Below, one piece after another: positions 1-8,634 of a stretch of DNA of 24,000 bases. Numbering within the stretch: the first letter of the stretch is position 1; each line of letters starts with the position of its first letter. The notes below the pieces were generated by a model. It was given only the letters and a program-made list of their open reading frames with translations, did not search any database and had not been told where the DNA came from. The stretch covers positions 84,147-108,146 of the forward strand of contig NZ_LOCN01000009.1 in the NCBI RefSeq assembly GCF_001574435.1, given 5' to 3'. The position numbers and the translations under genes were made by a program. The DNA is from Moritella sp. JT01 (lineage in GTDB: Bacteria; Pseudomonadota; Gammaproteobacteria; Enterobacterales; Moritellaceae).

Positions 1-1
1 T

Positions 2-976
2 GGTGCAATTAAAGGCGTGGGTGAAGGCCCTATTGATGCCATTATTGCGGCCCGTGAAAGTGGTGGTGAGTTTTCCGATCTATTTGATTTCTGTAATCGT
101 GTTGATTTGAAAAAGATCAATAAACGTATTATGGAAAAGCTGATTTACGCCGGAGCATTAGATAAATTAGGTCCTCATCGTGCCGCCTTGCATGCTACAT
201 TACCTGAAGCAATGAAAGCGGCAGCACAGCATGCAATGGCTGAATTACATGGTCAAAGCGACTTGTTTGGTATTTTAACCACTGAACCAGCAGAAATTGA
301 AAGCAAGTTTGCTGATGTACCAGAGTGGCCGGATAAAGTGTGGTTAGAAGGAGAGCGAGAAACGCTAGGTCTTTACCTTACTGGTCATCCAATTAATCAG
401 TACATTAAAGAAGTTAAGCGTTATTCGAGTAATCGATTGAAAGATGTAAAACCGACCGAACGTGGCAAAGTCGTTACCGCGGTTGGTTTAGTTATTTCTG
501 CACAAGTTAAAGTGACGAAAAAAGGTACCCGCATGGGGATCTTAGAGATTGATGATAAAAGTGGCCGCCTAAGTGTGATGTTCTTCTCAGAAGCGTTTGA
601 ACGTTATGAGGAATATATAGCTAAAGATCGCATTTTAGTGATTACTGGAGAGGTCAGCTTTGACGATTTCAATGGTGGGTATAAGATGACCGCCAGAGAA
701 GTTATGGATATTGAAGCTGCGCGAGAGCGTTATGCGCGTGGCCTCACATTGCAGTTAAATGCAGAAAAAATGAATGATACGTTTATGCGTAAGTTTATGG
801 ACACACTTGAACCTTATCGTGCGGGTACTTGTCCCATAAATATAGTTTATCAACGCGCCGACGCGAGGGCTAAATTAACTTTAGGTGTCGAATGGCGAGT
901 ATCGCCCACAGATGAGCTTTTATATGGATTAGAGCTGATGTTAGGGTCGGGAAATGTTGATCTTGAATTTGATTAG
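2..976 (+). CDS. dnaE: DNA polymerase III alpha subunit, C-terminal part (5'-truncated by the window edge)
   Basis: The reading frame is open from base 2 ([19 protein letters not shown]...). It carries the DnaE C-terminal HhH/OB-region motif [13 protein letters not shown]. The canonical dnaE-accA adjacency is present. Stop codon TAG at 974-976. Confidence 0.95.
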   Translation, partial: GAIKGVGEGPIDAIIAARESGGEFSDLFDFCNRVDLKKINKRIMEKLIYAGALDKLGPHRAALHATLPEAMKAAAQHAMAELHGQSDLFGILTTEPAEIESKFADVPEWPDKVWLEGERETLGLYLTGHPINQYIKEVKRYSSNRLKDVKPTERGKVVTAVGLVISAQVKVTKKGTRMGILEIDDKSGRLSVMFFSEAFERYEEYIAKDRILVITGEVSFDDFNGGYKMTAREVMDIEAARERYARGLTLQLNAEKMNDTFMRKFMDTLEPYRAGTCPINIVYQRADARAKLTLGVEWRVSPTDELLYGLELMLGSGNVDLEFD

Positions 977-1042
977 TGCTGACGTTATAAGATTGTCGTC
1001 ATTAGCCATTAGTAATAATATTAGATAAGGAAGCAGCGCCTC

Positions 1043-1993
1043 ATGGCCATAAATTTTTTAGATTTTGAACAGCCGATTGCAGAATTGCAGGCTCAAATCG
1101 ATGAATTAAAACTTGTGACTAACAATACTGATGATGTTGATCTACAAGATGAAATCTTTCGTTTAGAAAAGAAGAATGCAGAACTAACAACAAAAATATT
1201 CAGTAATTTGAAACCTTGGGATGTCGCTAAGATGGCTCGTCATCCACAGCGTCCTTACACTCTTGATTATATCGAGCATGTATTTACCGATTTTGATGAA
1301 CTTGCTGGTGATCGCGCGTTTGCTGATGATAAAGCAATTGTTGGTGGTACGGCCCGTTTAGATGGTATGCCGGTAATGATCATTGGCCAGCAAAAAGGCC
1401 GTGATACCAAGGAAAAATTAAAACGCAACTTTGGTATGCCGCGTCCAGAAGGTTACCGTAAAGCGTTACGTTTAATGAAAATGGCAGAAAAATTCAAGAT
1501 GCCTATCATTACCTTTATTGATACCCCTGGTGCTTACCCTGGTGTTGGCGCTGAAGAACGTGGTCAAAGTGAAGCGATTGCACGTAATTTAAAAGAAATG
1601 GCTGAGCTTACAGTTCCGGTTGTTTGTACTGTGATTGGTGAAGGTGGTTCGGGTGGTGCATTAGCGATTGGTGTTGGTGATCGTGTGAACATGCTGCAAT
1701 ACAGTACTTATTCGGTGATCTCTCCTGAAGGTTGTGCGTCAATCTTATGGAAGTCAGCTGATAAAGCACCTTTAGCTGCTGAAGCAATGGGTATCACTGC
1801 AGAGCGACTTAAGAGCTTAGATTTGATTAATACCGTTATCTCAGAACCACTCGGTGGCGCACATAGAGATATGGCTTTAATGGCTGCTAACTTGAAAGAG
1901 TGTATTAAAGCGGATCTTGCTGAGCTTACACCGCTTGGGCATGAGACATTGTTAGAACAACGTTATGAGCGTCTAATGTCATTTGGCATGTAA
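1043..1993 (+). CDS. accA: Acetyl-CoA carboxylase carboxyltransferase subunit alpha
   Basis: 316 aa. The N-terminus [22 protein letters not shown] matches E. coli AccA ([19 protein letters not shown]...). The conserved [17 protein letters not shown] block is present. AAGGAAG Shine-Dalgarno sequence upstream. Confidence 0.97.
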   Translation: MAINFLDFEQPIAELQAQIDELKLVTNNTDDVDLQDEIFRLEKKNAELTTKIFSNLKPWDVAKMARHPQRPYTLDYIEHVFTDFDELAGDRAFADDKAIVGGTARLDGMPVMIIGQQKGRDTKEKLKRNFGMPRPEGYRKALRLMKMAEKFKMPIITFIDTPGAYPGVGAEERGQSEAIARNLKEMAELTVPVVCTVIGEGGSGGALAIGVGDRVNMLQYSTYSVISPEGCASILWKSADKAPLAAEAMGITAERLKSLDLINTVISEPLGGAHRDMALMAANLKECIKADLAELTPLGHETLLEQRYERLMSFGM

Positions 1994-2040
1994 GCGGCTA
2001 TAACGATACATTGTTATAACGATATAAAATAATATTGATT

Positions 2041-2071
2041 AAACCGCTGATGCTTTGTTAGCGGTTTTTTT
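2041..2071 (+). terminator. Rho-independent terminator after accA
   Basis: aaaccgct (2041-2048) pairs perfectly with agcggttt (2060-2067) and the stem can extend to about 10 bp. It runs into seven T residues (2065-2071). Confidence 0.8.
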
Positions 2072-2116
2072 ATATCTACAACTTTTCGGTATATACTGTG
2101 CTGGTCTATTCTAACT

Positions 2117-3544
2117 GTGATGATAACTGTGGTTACTAACGTCGATCTCTTCTCAACATTTCAGCACTCGTTACAATCGTTAACGACAAAACCTATGCAG
2201 ACAGTACCTATGCAAATAGTACTTGCCTATAGCGGTGGTCTTGATTCTCATGTGTTATTACATCTACTTGCCCGTTATCAGCAGTTATATCCTCAGCATG
2301 ATTACCTTGCAGTACATGTTCATCATGGTTTAAGTGACAATGCGGATGCTTGGTTAACGCATTGTCAGCAAACTGCTGCGGCGTTAGGTATTAACTTTAT
2401 CGCTGAAAAGGTCGTGCTTAATGTTGGCAGTCGAGAAAGTTTAGAAGCACAAGCGCGCACCGCCCGTTATCAAGCGATAGCAAAACATCTCAATAATGGA
2501 TCATTATTATTACTTGGACAGCATCTTGATGATCAGCTTGAAACATTTTTGTTGCAGCTTAAGCGTGGTGCAGGTGTCAAGGGGTTGTCAGCGATGGCTG
2601 CGCAGATGCCTTTTTTATTACAAGAAAATTGCCAAATAGTCCGTCCTTTACTGACTCATCCGCAACAAATGTTGGTAGATTATGCCAGCCAAGCACAATT
2701 ATCTTGGATCGAAGATGAAAGCAATAATGACCAGAGCTTTGATCGTAACTTCTTACGACATCAAATTATTCCCAGCTTAAAACTGCGTTGGCCGGGTATC
2801 GCGCATGCTGTCCACCGCAGCGCTGAACTCTGTGCCGAGCAACAAGCGTTGGCGGATGAAATTGCGCAAATGGATCTGGTTACTTGTGAACATACTTTAG
2901 CTGGGTTAAAAATTGTTGAATTAGATAAGTTATCAAAAATTCGCCGTAACAATGTCATTCGATTTTGGCTTGCTGGTCAACAGTTACCGATGCCAAGCCG
3001 CCACCATTTAGATAAAGTATGGTTAGAAGTAGTGAATGCCGCTGATGATGCTAATCCACAATTGAGCTGGCAGGCGGGTGAGTTTCGTCGTTATCAAGGA
3101 GTCCTTTATAATCAGCAGAAATACGCAGCGCTAAAAGACGTAGTGATAGGGCTTGGACATACTAAATCTCAACGTATTGTGTTACCTGACAATATCGGCG
3201 TCTTGCATTTACAAGACACGATACAAGATACTATACAAGACAAGAGTGGCGTTGATATCGGTAATGTAATTGATGAAGATGCCAGCACGATTTGTTTGAA
3301 AGCTCCACTCGCACATGAAAAGGTAACCATTCGTTTCCGCGGTGAGGGTAAGTGTCATCCTGTTGGACGTAGTGGCTCGCGTAGTATTAAAAAGTTATAT
3401 CAAGAATATCAGGTAGCACCTTGGCTACGCGATCGTATCCCATTAATCTATTATGGCGAAGAACTGGTGTGTGCGGTCGGGCTTTGGGTGTGTAAGGGCT
3501 ACGAAGCGCAAGAAGGCTTATATTGGCATGTCACTCGCGAGTGA
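2117..3544 (+). CDS. tilS: tRNA(Ile)-lysidine synthase
   Basis: PP-loop motif LAYSGGLDSHVLLH near the N-terminus. The gene sits downstream of accA. 475 aa, compared with about 432 aa in E. coli. The start is uncertain: GTG 2117, ATG 2120, or in-frame ATG 2195/2210, none with a clear Shine-Dalgarno sequence. Confidence 0.9.
   Translation: MMITVVTNVDLFSTFQHSLQSLTTKPMQTVPMQIVLAYSGGLDSHVLLHLLARYQQLYPQHDYLAVHVHHGLSDNADAWLTHCQQTAAALGINFIAEKVVLNVGSRESLEAQARTARYQAIAKHLNNGSLLLLGQHLDDQLETFLLQLKRGAGVKGLSAMAAQMPFLLQENCQIVRPLLTHPQQMLVDYASQAQLSWIEDESNNDQSFDRNFLRHQIIPSLKLRWPGIAHAVHRSAELCAEQQALADEIAQMDLVTCEHTLAGLKIVELDKLSKIRRNNVIRFWLAGQQLPMPSRHHLDKVWLEVVNAADDANPQLSWQAGEFRRYQGVLYNQQKYAALKDVVIGLGHTKSQRIVLPDNIGVLHLQDTIQDTIQDKSGVDIGNVIDEDASTICLKAPLAHEKVTIRFRGEGKCHPVGRSGSRSIKKLYQEYQVAPWLRDRIPLIYYGEELVCAVGLWVCKGYEAQEGLYWHVTRE
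3218..3241 (+). repeat. 12-bp tandem duplication inside tilS (acgatacaagat / actatacaagac), encoding DTIQ-DTIQ
   Basis: Read directly from the sequence. There are two adjacent in-frame copies, giving ...LQDTIQDTIQDKSG... Confidence 0.85.
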
Positions 3545-3600
3545 TAGCGTGTAATGACAGTACATTATGAGATCGGAATCGTCGCATTTGAGCGCGTCAA

Positions 3601-3637
3601 ATAAAAGCAGATGAATTGATTTCATCTGCTTTTATTG
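3601..3637. terminator. Bidirectional rho-independent terminator between convergent tilS and hutZ
   Basis: Perfect 15-bp inverted repeat ataaaagcagatgaa (3601-3615) / ttcatctgcttttat (3621-3635) with a 5-nt loop. The A-run and T-run arms give a U-tract on both strands. Confidence 0.85.
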
Positions 3638-3654
3638 TAGCTTAGCTGAACAGG

Positions 3655-4191
3655 TTATTCAGCTTCAACTTCTTCTTTAACCTGCTGGTGACCTTTTTCT
3701 AGGTGTACGAAGTCAATATCGTCATTACCGTTAACGGTATAAGCTTGACCAAAGCCTTTCACATAACGACCTGTTTTTGGTTCGATACGGAATAGACGGA
3801 AATCACTTAAACCACTTAGGTTCGTAATGATTTCACCAAAACGTGCTTCTAATGCTGGGATTGCTTGTGACCAAGATTCGCTTTCACGGGCAATAACTTC
3901 GGCATTTGCTTTATATGTTAGACGGTGACGAGCAAAAATTTGTTTCGAATTTTGCTCATCTTCCAATAACATGAATGACAGGTTTGGATTTACCAATAAG
4001 TTTTGCGTATGCTCTGCAATCTCACTGATTAAAATGTAATAGCCATCCTCTAAACGGACGAATGGTGCATAGCTGATATGTGGAAATCCATCTGCGCTTA
4101 ATGTTGATAAAATTAACGTTTTACGCTCTTCTCTGAATTCTGCAATTTTTGGTTGTAAGCGATTTTCTAAGCGTTCTTGTTTGTTCATCAT
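3655..4191 (-). CDS. hutZ: Heme-degrading / heme utilisation protein HutZ (pyridoxamine-5'-phosphate-oxidase-like split-barrel fold)
   Basis: 178 aa. Long colinear similarity to V. cholerae HutZ as recalled: KQERLENRLQPKIAEFREERKTL, SYAPFV, FARHRLTY, RFGEII, LFRIEPKTGRYVKGFGQAY, DFVHLEKGH. GAAGG Shine-Dalgarno sequence 5 nt upstream of the ATG. Confidence 0.9.
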   Translation of the reverse strand: MMNKQERLENRLQPKIAEFREERKTLILSTLSADGFPHISYAPFVRLEDGYYILISEIAEHTQNLLVNPNLSFMLLEDEQNSKQIFARHRLTYKANAEVIARESESWSQAIPALEARFGEIITNLSGLSDFRLFRIEPKTGRYVKGFGQAYTVNGNDDIDFVHLEKGHQQVKEEVEAE

Positions 4192-4218
4192 AATGACCTT
4201 CGAGTCCGTTATTTATGT

Positions 4219-4755
4219 TTAATTAGTAACGATAGCGATAGTTTCGTCGCTTACTGTTTGTGTTGATAGTGCATGAAAACGTGCTATTTGTTCTGGGTTC
4301 ACTTCGCCGTCTTTATTACGACCGAGGTAAATCTTAAATACGCTGTTACCCTGATGGTCAAAAAACTGCACGTAATAACTTAACTTACCACGTACCTTAC
4401 GTGTGAGTAAGGCAATTGCAGATACATTATCAAGTTTTAAATGGCCTTGTAAGCCGTCACTATCATGCGATAAATTGTAATAACCGTAAGCATTTCTTCC
4501 TTTCGGGAAAGGCGCTTTTACTTCAAATACAAAACCAGATACTTCAATAATACAAGTTACTTTGCCCCAAGTTGCAATATCAGTTAATAAGCGTTGTGCT
4601 TGTTCTGCTGGCAGCATATTTACTTCTTGTTCTGGTAATGCTTGGATCACCTGTAATTCACTGCAATTAAGTTCAAGCGCGATTTCAATGCTTCTTAATC
4701 GAGGTTGGTCAGACATTAACTGACGAATTTCATTGTGGGTAGTATTTTCTAGCAT
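4219..4755 (-). CDS. hutX: Cytoplasmic heme carrier protein HutX (ChuX/HutX family)
   Basis: 178 aa. It carries the blocks FEVKAPFPKGRNAYGYYNL, LQGHLKLDNVSAIAL, FKIYLGRNKDGEVNPEQIARF, as in V. cholerae HutX. It lies 27 bp upstream of hutZ on the same strand. Confidence 0.88.
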   Translation of the reverse strand: MLENTTHNEIRQLMSDQPRLRSIEIALELNCSELQVIQALPEQEVNMLPAEQAQRLLTDIATWGKVTCIIEVSGFVFEVKAPFPKGRNAYGYYNLSHDSDGLQGHLKLDNVSAIALLTRKVRGKLSYYVQFFDHQGNSVFKIYLGRNKDGEVNPEQIARFHALSTQTVSDETIAIVTN

Positions 4756-4815
4756 ACTGGTTAGCCTTTTTAAACGACTTATCGTTAACGTAATAGTTGC
4801 AGATTAATATAGTTG

Positions 4816-4850
4816 TAATGATAATGCAACCAATTCGCATTTGCATTATC
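4816..4850. promoter_or_regulatory. Fur-box-like palindrome in the divergent hutXZ / hutBCD promoter region
   Basis: The sequence is taatGATAATGCAA-ccaattcgcat-TTGCATTATC, with perfect 10-bp inverted arms at 4820-4829 and 4841-4850. The left half contains AATGATAAT and the right half GCATTATC, both fragments of the Fur consensus GATAATGATAATCATTATC. By my count the two overlapping 19-mers match only about 10/19 and 12/19. Confidence 0.45.
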
Positions 4851-4971
4851 GGGGTTTGTTATTTACACTGTCGAGAAAATATTAGTTAAATTTAAATACT
4901 GTCGTTGAGATGAAATATCGATTTTTATTTAACTATAAAAACTATTATATTAACACTAGGTTGGAATTAAG

Positions 4972-5838
4972 ATGCATAAGGTTTGGATTAGCGTTTGTTG
5001 TTTATTATTGTCATTCGGTAGTGTAGCTGGGGAACGTATCATTAGTGCTGGCGCGGGTGTTACTGAGATATTAATTGCTTTGGATAAACAAGATGATTTA
5101 GTTGCTGTCGATTTGACTAGTCGTTTTCCGGCCGTATCGAAACTACCTGTAGTTGGTTATCATCGTAAATTGTCTGCAGAAGGATTATTATCATTAGCAC
5201 CAGATATGCTGATTGGAAGTAGTGAAATGGGCCCGCAATCAACGCTCGATCTGTTAGCACAAAGTGGTGTTGAAGTGATGGTGTTACCGACAGAAACAAC
5301 AACGACAAACCTACTTGATACTATTGTCTTACTTGGTGATAAATTAGATAGAAAGTCACAAGCTAAACAATTAATTACCAAGCTTAAACGTGACATTCAC
5401 CAGCTAGAAAAAAATCAACAACAGATTAAAACGGCGAAAACAATGTTGTTCTTACTGTTGAATGATAAAGGCACTTATACTGCTGCGGGTAGTAATACGA
5501 CTGCACATTCGGTGATGACATTAGCGGGCGCAGTTAACCCTGCTGCAGCGCTTCATTCTTACCAAGCATTATCAGCAGAAGCGCTCTTAACGATGGCCCC
5601 AGAAAGTATTTTAGTCAGTGGCCGTCATTGGAAAAAGTATCAAAATATCGATACCATAATTGCGGCAATGCCATTATTAGCACAAACACCTGCAGGTCGT
5701 AATAAAGCGATTTATGTCATTGATGGCAGTGCGCTAATCGGTGGTCTGGGACTGAATAGTATCGAACAAGCAAAACAGTTACAGGTTAAGTTATATCCTC
5801 AGTTATCTGCTAATTTAGAGCTTGAATTAGAGTATTAG
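4972..5838 (+). CDS. hutB: Hemin ABC transporter periplasmic substrate-binding protein (HutB/HmuT)
   Basis: 288 aa. N-terminal signal peptide MHKVWISVCCLLLSFGSVAG. Layout resembles a class-8 periplasmic binding protein. First gene of a tightly packed three-gene ABC operon divergent from hutXZ. Confidence 0.85.
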   Translation: MHKVWISVCCLLLSFGSVAGERIISAGAGVTEILIALDKQDDLVAVDLTSRFPAVSKLPVVGYHRKLSAEGLLSLAPDMLIGSSEMGPQSTLDLLAQSGVEVMVLPTETTTTNLLDTIVLLGDKLDRKSQAKQLITKLKRDIHQLEKNQQQIKTAKTMLFLLLNDKGTYTAAGSNTTAHSVMTLAGAVNPAAALHSYQALSAEALLTMAPESILVSGRHWKKYQNIDTIIAAMPLLAQTPAGRNKAIYVIDGSALIGGLGLNSIEQAKQLQVKLYPQLSANLELELEY

Positions 5839-5847
5839 GGGGCGTAT

Positions 5848-6900
5848 ATGTTTGTTAATAGCCGTTGGCCATTGTTGTTACCGAGTGTTGTTTTATTTTG
5901 TCTTTCTTCTATGGTGGTGTTATCTGTTTCTGTGGGACCAATGGCGATCTCGTTTGCTGATAGTATCAAAGCATTATTGGTTAATTGGGTTAATTGGCAA
6001 TCGCCAGTAAGCACTCAAAACGCCATTGTGGTAAGTCATATTCGCTTGCCTCGCACACTACTCTGTTTATCTATTGGCGGTATATTGGGATTAACTGGCG
6101 CGGTGATGCAAGGTGTGTTTCGTAATCCGTTAGCTGATCCTGGTATTATTGGAGTAAGCAGTGGTGCGGCGCTGGGTGCGGGTTTAGGTATTGTTATTTT
6201 TGCTGATTTGATGGTTGATCTACCTGACTGGTTACAATTGAGTACGGTGTCTTTTTTTGCATTTACTTTTGCTTTAGCGGTTTGTTTATTGGTCTACAAA
6301 TTAGGGACTAGTAGCCAAGGTAGTTCTGTGGTGGTGATGTTACTTGCGGGCGTGGCAATCAGTGCGATTGCTGGCGCGGGGATGGGCATGCTCACGTATA
6401 TTGCCGATGATCAAAGTCTGCGTGATTTGAGTTTGTGGCAAATGGGCTCAATGGCGGGCAGTAATTGGATCAATATTACTATCAGTAGTATCACTTTGGT
6501 ATTTTTGCTGGTGGTGTTTATGTCATCAGCGAAAGCATTGAATATTTTATTATTGGGAGATGCGGAAGCGGTACACCTTGGTATCGATATTGTACGTATA
6601 AAACGTCGGTTAATATTTTGCTGTGCAATAGGAGTCGGGGTTGCAGTATCAATCGCAGGTATGATTGGGTTTATTGGGCTGATTATTCCACATCTAGTTC
6701 GCTTGTTAGTGGGGCCAAACCATCAGCGTTTATTACCATTATCGGCGATGTTAGGGGCATTGTTATTATTACTTGCCGATATTTTAGCACGTACTGTCAT
6801 GGCTCCAAGTGAAGTACCTGTTGGTATTATTACTGCGTTATTAGGTAGTCCTTTCTTTATTATGTTATTACTCCAACAACGTTCTAAATTAGGGATATAG
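5848..6900 (+). CDS. hutC: Hemin ABC transporter permease (FecCD family, HutC/HmuU)
   Basis: 350 aa, polytopic membrane protein. FecCD-family motif RNPLADPGIIGVSSGAALG. AGGGGG Shine-Dalgarno sequence before the ATG. 9-bp gap from hutB. Confidence 0.9.
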   Translation: MFVNSRWPLLLPSVVLFCLSSMVVLSVSVGPMAISFADSIKALLVNWVNWQSPVSTQNAIVVSHIRLPRTLLCLSIGGILGLTGAVMQGVFRNPLADPGIIGVSSGAALGAGLGIVIFADLMVDLPDWLQLSTVSFFAFTFALAVCLLVYKLGTSSQGSSVVVMLLAGVAISAIAGAGMGMLTYIADDQSLRDLSLWQMGSMAGSNWINITISSITLVFLLVVFMSSAKALNILLLGDAEAVHLGIDIVRIKRRLIFCCAIGVGVAVSIAGMIGFIGLIIPHLVRLLVGPNHQRLLPLSAMLGALLLLLADILARTVMAPSEVPVGIITALLGSPFFIMLLLQQRSKLGI

Positions 6901-6904
6901 TCTG

Positions 6905-7693
6905 ATGTTAAACGTGACCAAATCGGTATTGCATTGCCAGCAGTTGAATTATAGTATTGCGGGTAAATGCATTTTTAATGATCTTAATTTGACGTTAGAT
7001 GAAGGGGAGTTTTTGGCTGTCTTAGGTCCTAATGGAGCAGGTAAAAGTTCGTTGTTTAAAGCTATCACCGGGGAATTGAAACCCACATCGGGGACGATAT
7101 TTTTAAACGGTGAAATGCGGAACAATATTAATCGGAGTGAGATAGCCAAGACGCTAGCGGTATTACCACAAAGCGCCAGCTTAAGTTTCTCATTTCAAGT
7201 GATAGATGTGGTGCTGATGGGCGGCTTACAGGCTGATTGTGGCCAAGCCAAAGTACAAAACCTCACGGATACGATTTTAGTTGAACAAGAAATCGATCAT
7301 TTAAGAACCCGAGCTTACCCGACATTATCGGGTGGTGAGAAGCAGCGTGTGCATTTTGCACGAGTGCTGTTGCAGTTAGCGGTCGGTAATAAAAACAAAC
7401 CGCAGCTATTATTATTGGATGAGCCAACCGCCGCGTTAGATATAAATTATCAACATCAATTATTAAAGAGTGCCAAGCATTTAGCGCAGACAGGGGTAGC
7501 GGTTATTGCGGTATTACATGATCTTAATTTGGCGGCCAAGTATGCTGACCGGATCATCTTATTGAAAGAAGGAAATATCTGCGCCAATGGCAGTGCCGAG
7601 CAGGTGGTGACCACTGATAATATCCGTGATGTTTATGGCTATGAAAGTACGGTGATTAATCATGCTGCGTTTTCGCATCCTATTGTGATGTGA
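6905..7693 (+). CDS. hutD: Hemin import ATP-binding protein (HutD/HmuV)
   Basis: 262 aa. Walker A GPNGAGKSS, ABC signature LSGGEKQRV, Walker B LLLLDEPTAALD, H-loop VLHDLN. 4-bp gap from hutC. Confidence 0.9.
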   Translation: MLNVTKSVLHCQQLNYSIAGKCIFNDLNLTLDEGEFLAVLGPNGAGKSSLFKAITGELKPTSGTIFLNGEMRNNINRSEIAKTLAVLPQSASLSFSFQVIDVVLMGGLQADCGQAKVQNLTDTILVEQEIDHLRTRAYPTLSGGEKQRVHFARVLLQLAVGNKNKPQLLLLDEPTAALDINYQHQLLKSAKHLAQTGVAVIAVLHDLNLAAKYADRIILLKEGNICANGSAEQVVTTDNIRDVYGYESTVINHAAFSHPIVM

Positions 7694-7761
7694 TTTTGTT
7701 TGTTTCTACTTTTGGGATGATAGATAACTATCTAATAAGTGATAGGTGTTAAAATGTTGTC

Positions 7762-8634
7762 ATGAACCCAAAGTGTAATGAAGACATGATCAATAGTGAG
7801 CGTTGTACGAATAAACATAGTACGAGTCAACATAGTACGAATAAAGACTGTTCGAGTAATAAAAAAATTAGCCATGAAGAGCAAGCTTCGATTACCCGTG
7901 TGATCGTCCACGCGGGGCAATTATTACAGGCGTATAACGCTGAAAGCCGGCTTATCGAACAAACCACTGAGCGCCTTGGCATGGCGTTCGGTTTAGACAG
8001 TGTTGAGATAGCACTTACCTCCAAAGCCATCATTCTTACCTCTCGATCTAACGACCACTGTGTTACTACAACGCGTACCATGAAATCCCATGGTATTGAT
8101 ATGGGGATTGTCTGTGGAGTACAACGTATTTGTATTCTTGCAGAAAAGCAGATTTATGACGTCGAGCAGGTAAAGCAACGCTTAGATAACTTAGCGGTGC
8201 CGAAATACAATTCAGTCATAGTCGCGTGTTTTGTGGCATTATCTTGTGCTTGTTTCAGTCACTTATTTGGTGGCGATTGCATTGTATTTATTGCGACGTG
8301 GTTAACGAGCTTTATTGCGATGTGCATTCGCCAATGGTTAACTCAGTTACATCATAATTTACTCACGGTATTTTTTATTACCGCATTCACAGCTACTTTT
8401 ATTGGCAGCTTCGCCAGCGGTTTTGGTTGGGGTAATAAACCTGAACTGGTCATGATCACCAGTGTGTTACAACTTGTCCCTGGCTTTCCATTAATTAATG
8501 CAGTATCAGATATGGTGAAAGGGCACGTGACTATCGGGATGGCAAGATGGATGACGGCGACCTTGTTAACACTTGCTTCTACACTCGGTATTGTCTTGGC
8601 TGTGCAGCTCGCGCAACTGGGAGGCTGGTTATGA
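7762..8634 (+). CDS. Threonine/serine exporter (ThrE) family protein, YjjP-like large subunit
   Basis: From about residue 37 onward (EEQASITRVIVHAGQLLQAYNAESRLIEQTTERLGMAFGLDSVE...) it aligns with the N-terminus of E. coli YjjP ([30 protein letters not shown]...LGMDSVE). The C-terminal half is multi-TM. The first ~36 codons are an extension with no E. coli counterpart. Alternative start ATG 7786. Confidence 0.85.
   Translation: MNPKCNEDMINSERCTNKHSTSQHSTNKDCSSNKKISHEEQASITRVIVHAGQLLQAYNAESRLIEQTTERLGMAFGLDSVEIALTSKAIILTSRSNDHCVTTTRTMKSHGIDMGIVCGVQRICILAEKQIYDVEQVKQRLDNLAVPKYNSVIVACFVALSCACFSHLFGGDCIVFIATWLTSFIAMCIRQWLTQLHHNLLTVFFITAFTATFIGSFASGFGWGNKPELVMITSVLQLVPGFPLINAVSDMVKGHVTIGMARWMTATLLTLASTLGIVLAVQLAQLGGWL
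7805..7864 (+). repeat. Four imperfect 15-bp tandem repeats (gtacgaataaacata / gtacgagtcaacata / gtacgaataaagact / gttcgagtaataaaa)
   Basis: GTACGA or GTTCGA recurs at 7805, 7820, 7835 and 7850, an exact 15-bp period. The repeat is in frame with the ThrE-family ORF, giving CTNKH-STSQH-STNKD-CSSNK. Confidence 0.9.

Noticed and set aside
1999-2024. 10-bp direct repeat tataacgata x2 (1999-2008 and 2015-2024) just after the accA stop
   Set aside because: The repeat is short and AT-rich, occurs once in an AT-rich spacer, and is plausibly chance. It has no associated structure or partner elsewhere in the window.
7719-7745. Three GATAG/CTATC motifs upstream of the ThrE-family gene (gatagataactatc...gatag)
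   Set aside because: These are 5-bp motifs in AT-rich DNA, too short to distinguish from chance. I note them only as context for the repeat finding.
7732-7920. 62-aa minus-strand ORF with a FIRTMLTRTMFIRT repeat
   Set aside because: It is the antisense translation of the 15-bp tandem repeat. It overlaps the ThrE-family gene and has no Shine-Dalgarno sequence or recognisable family.
8547-8630. Upstream extension of the YjjB-like ORF (MDDGDLVNTCFYTRYCLGCAARATGRLV...)
   Set aside because: It lies entirely inside the YjjP-like CDS in another frame. ATG 8631 has a GGAGG Shine-Dalgarno sequence and an ATGA stop/start overlap, and homology to YjjB begins there.
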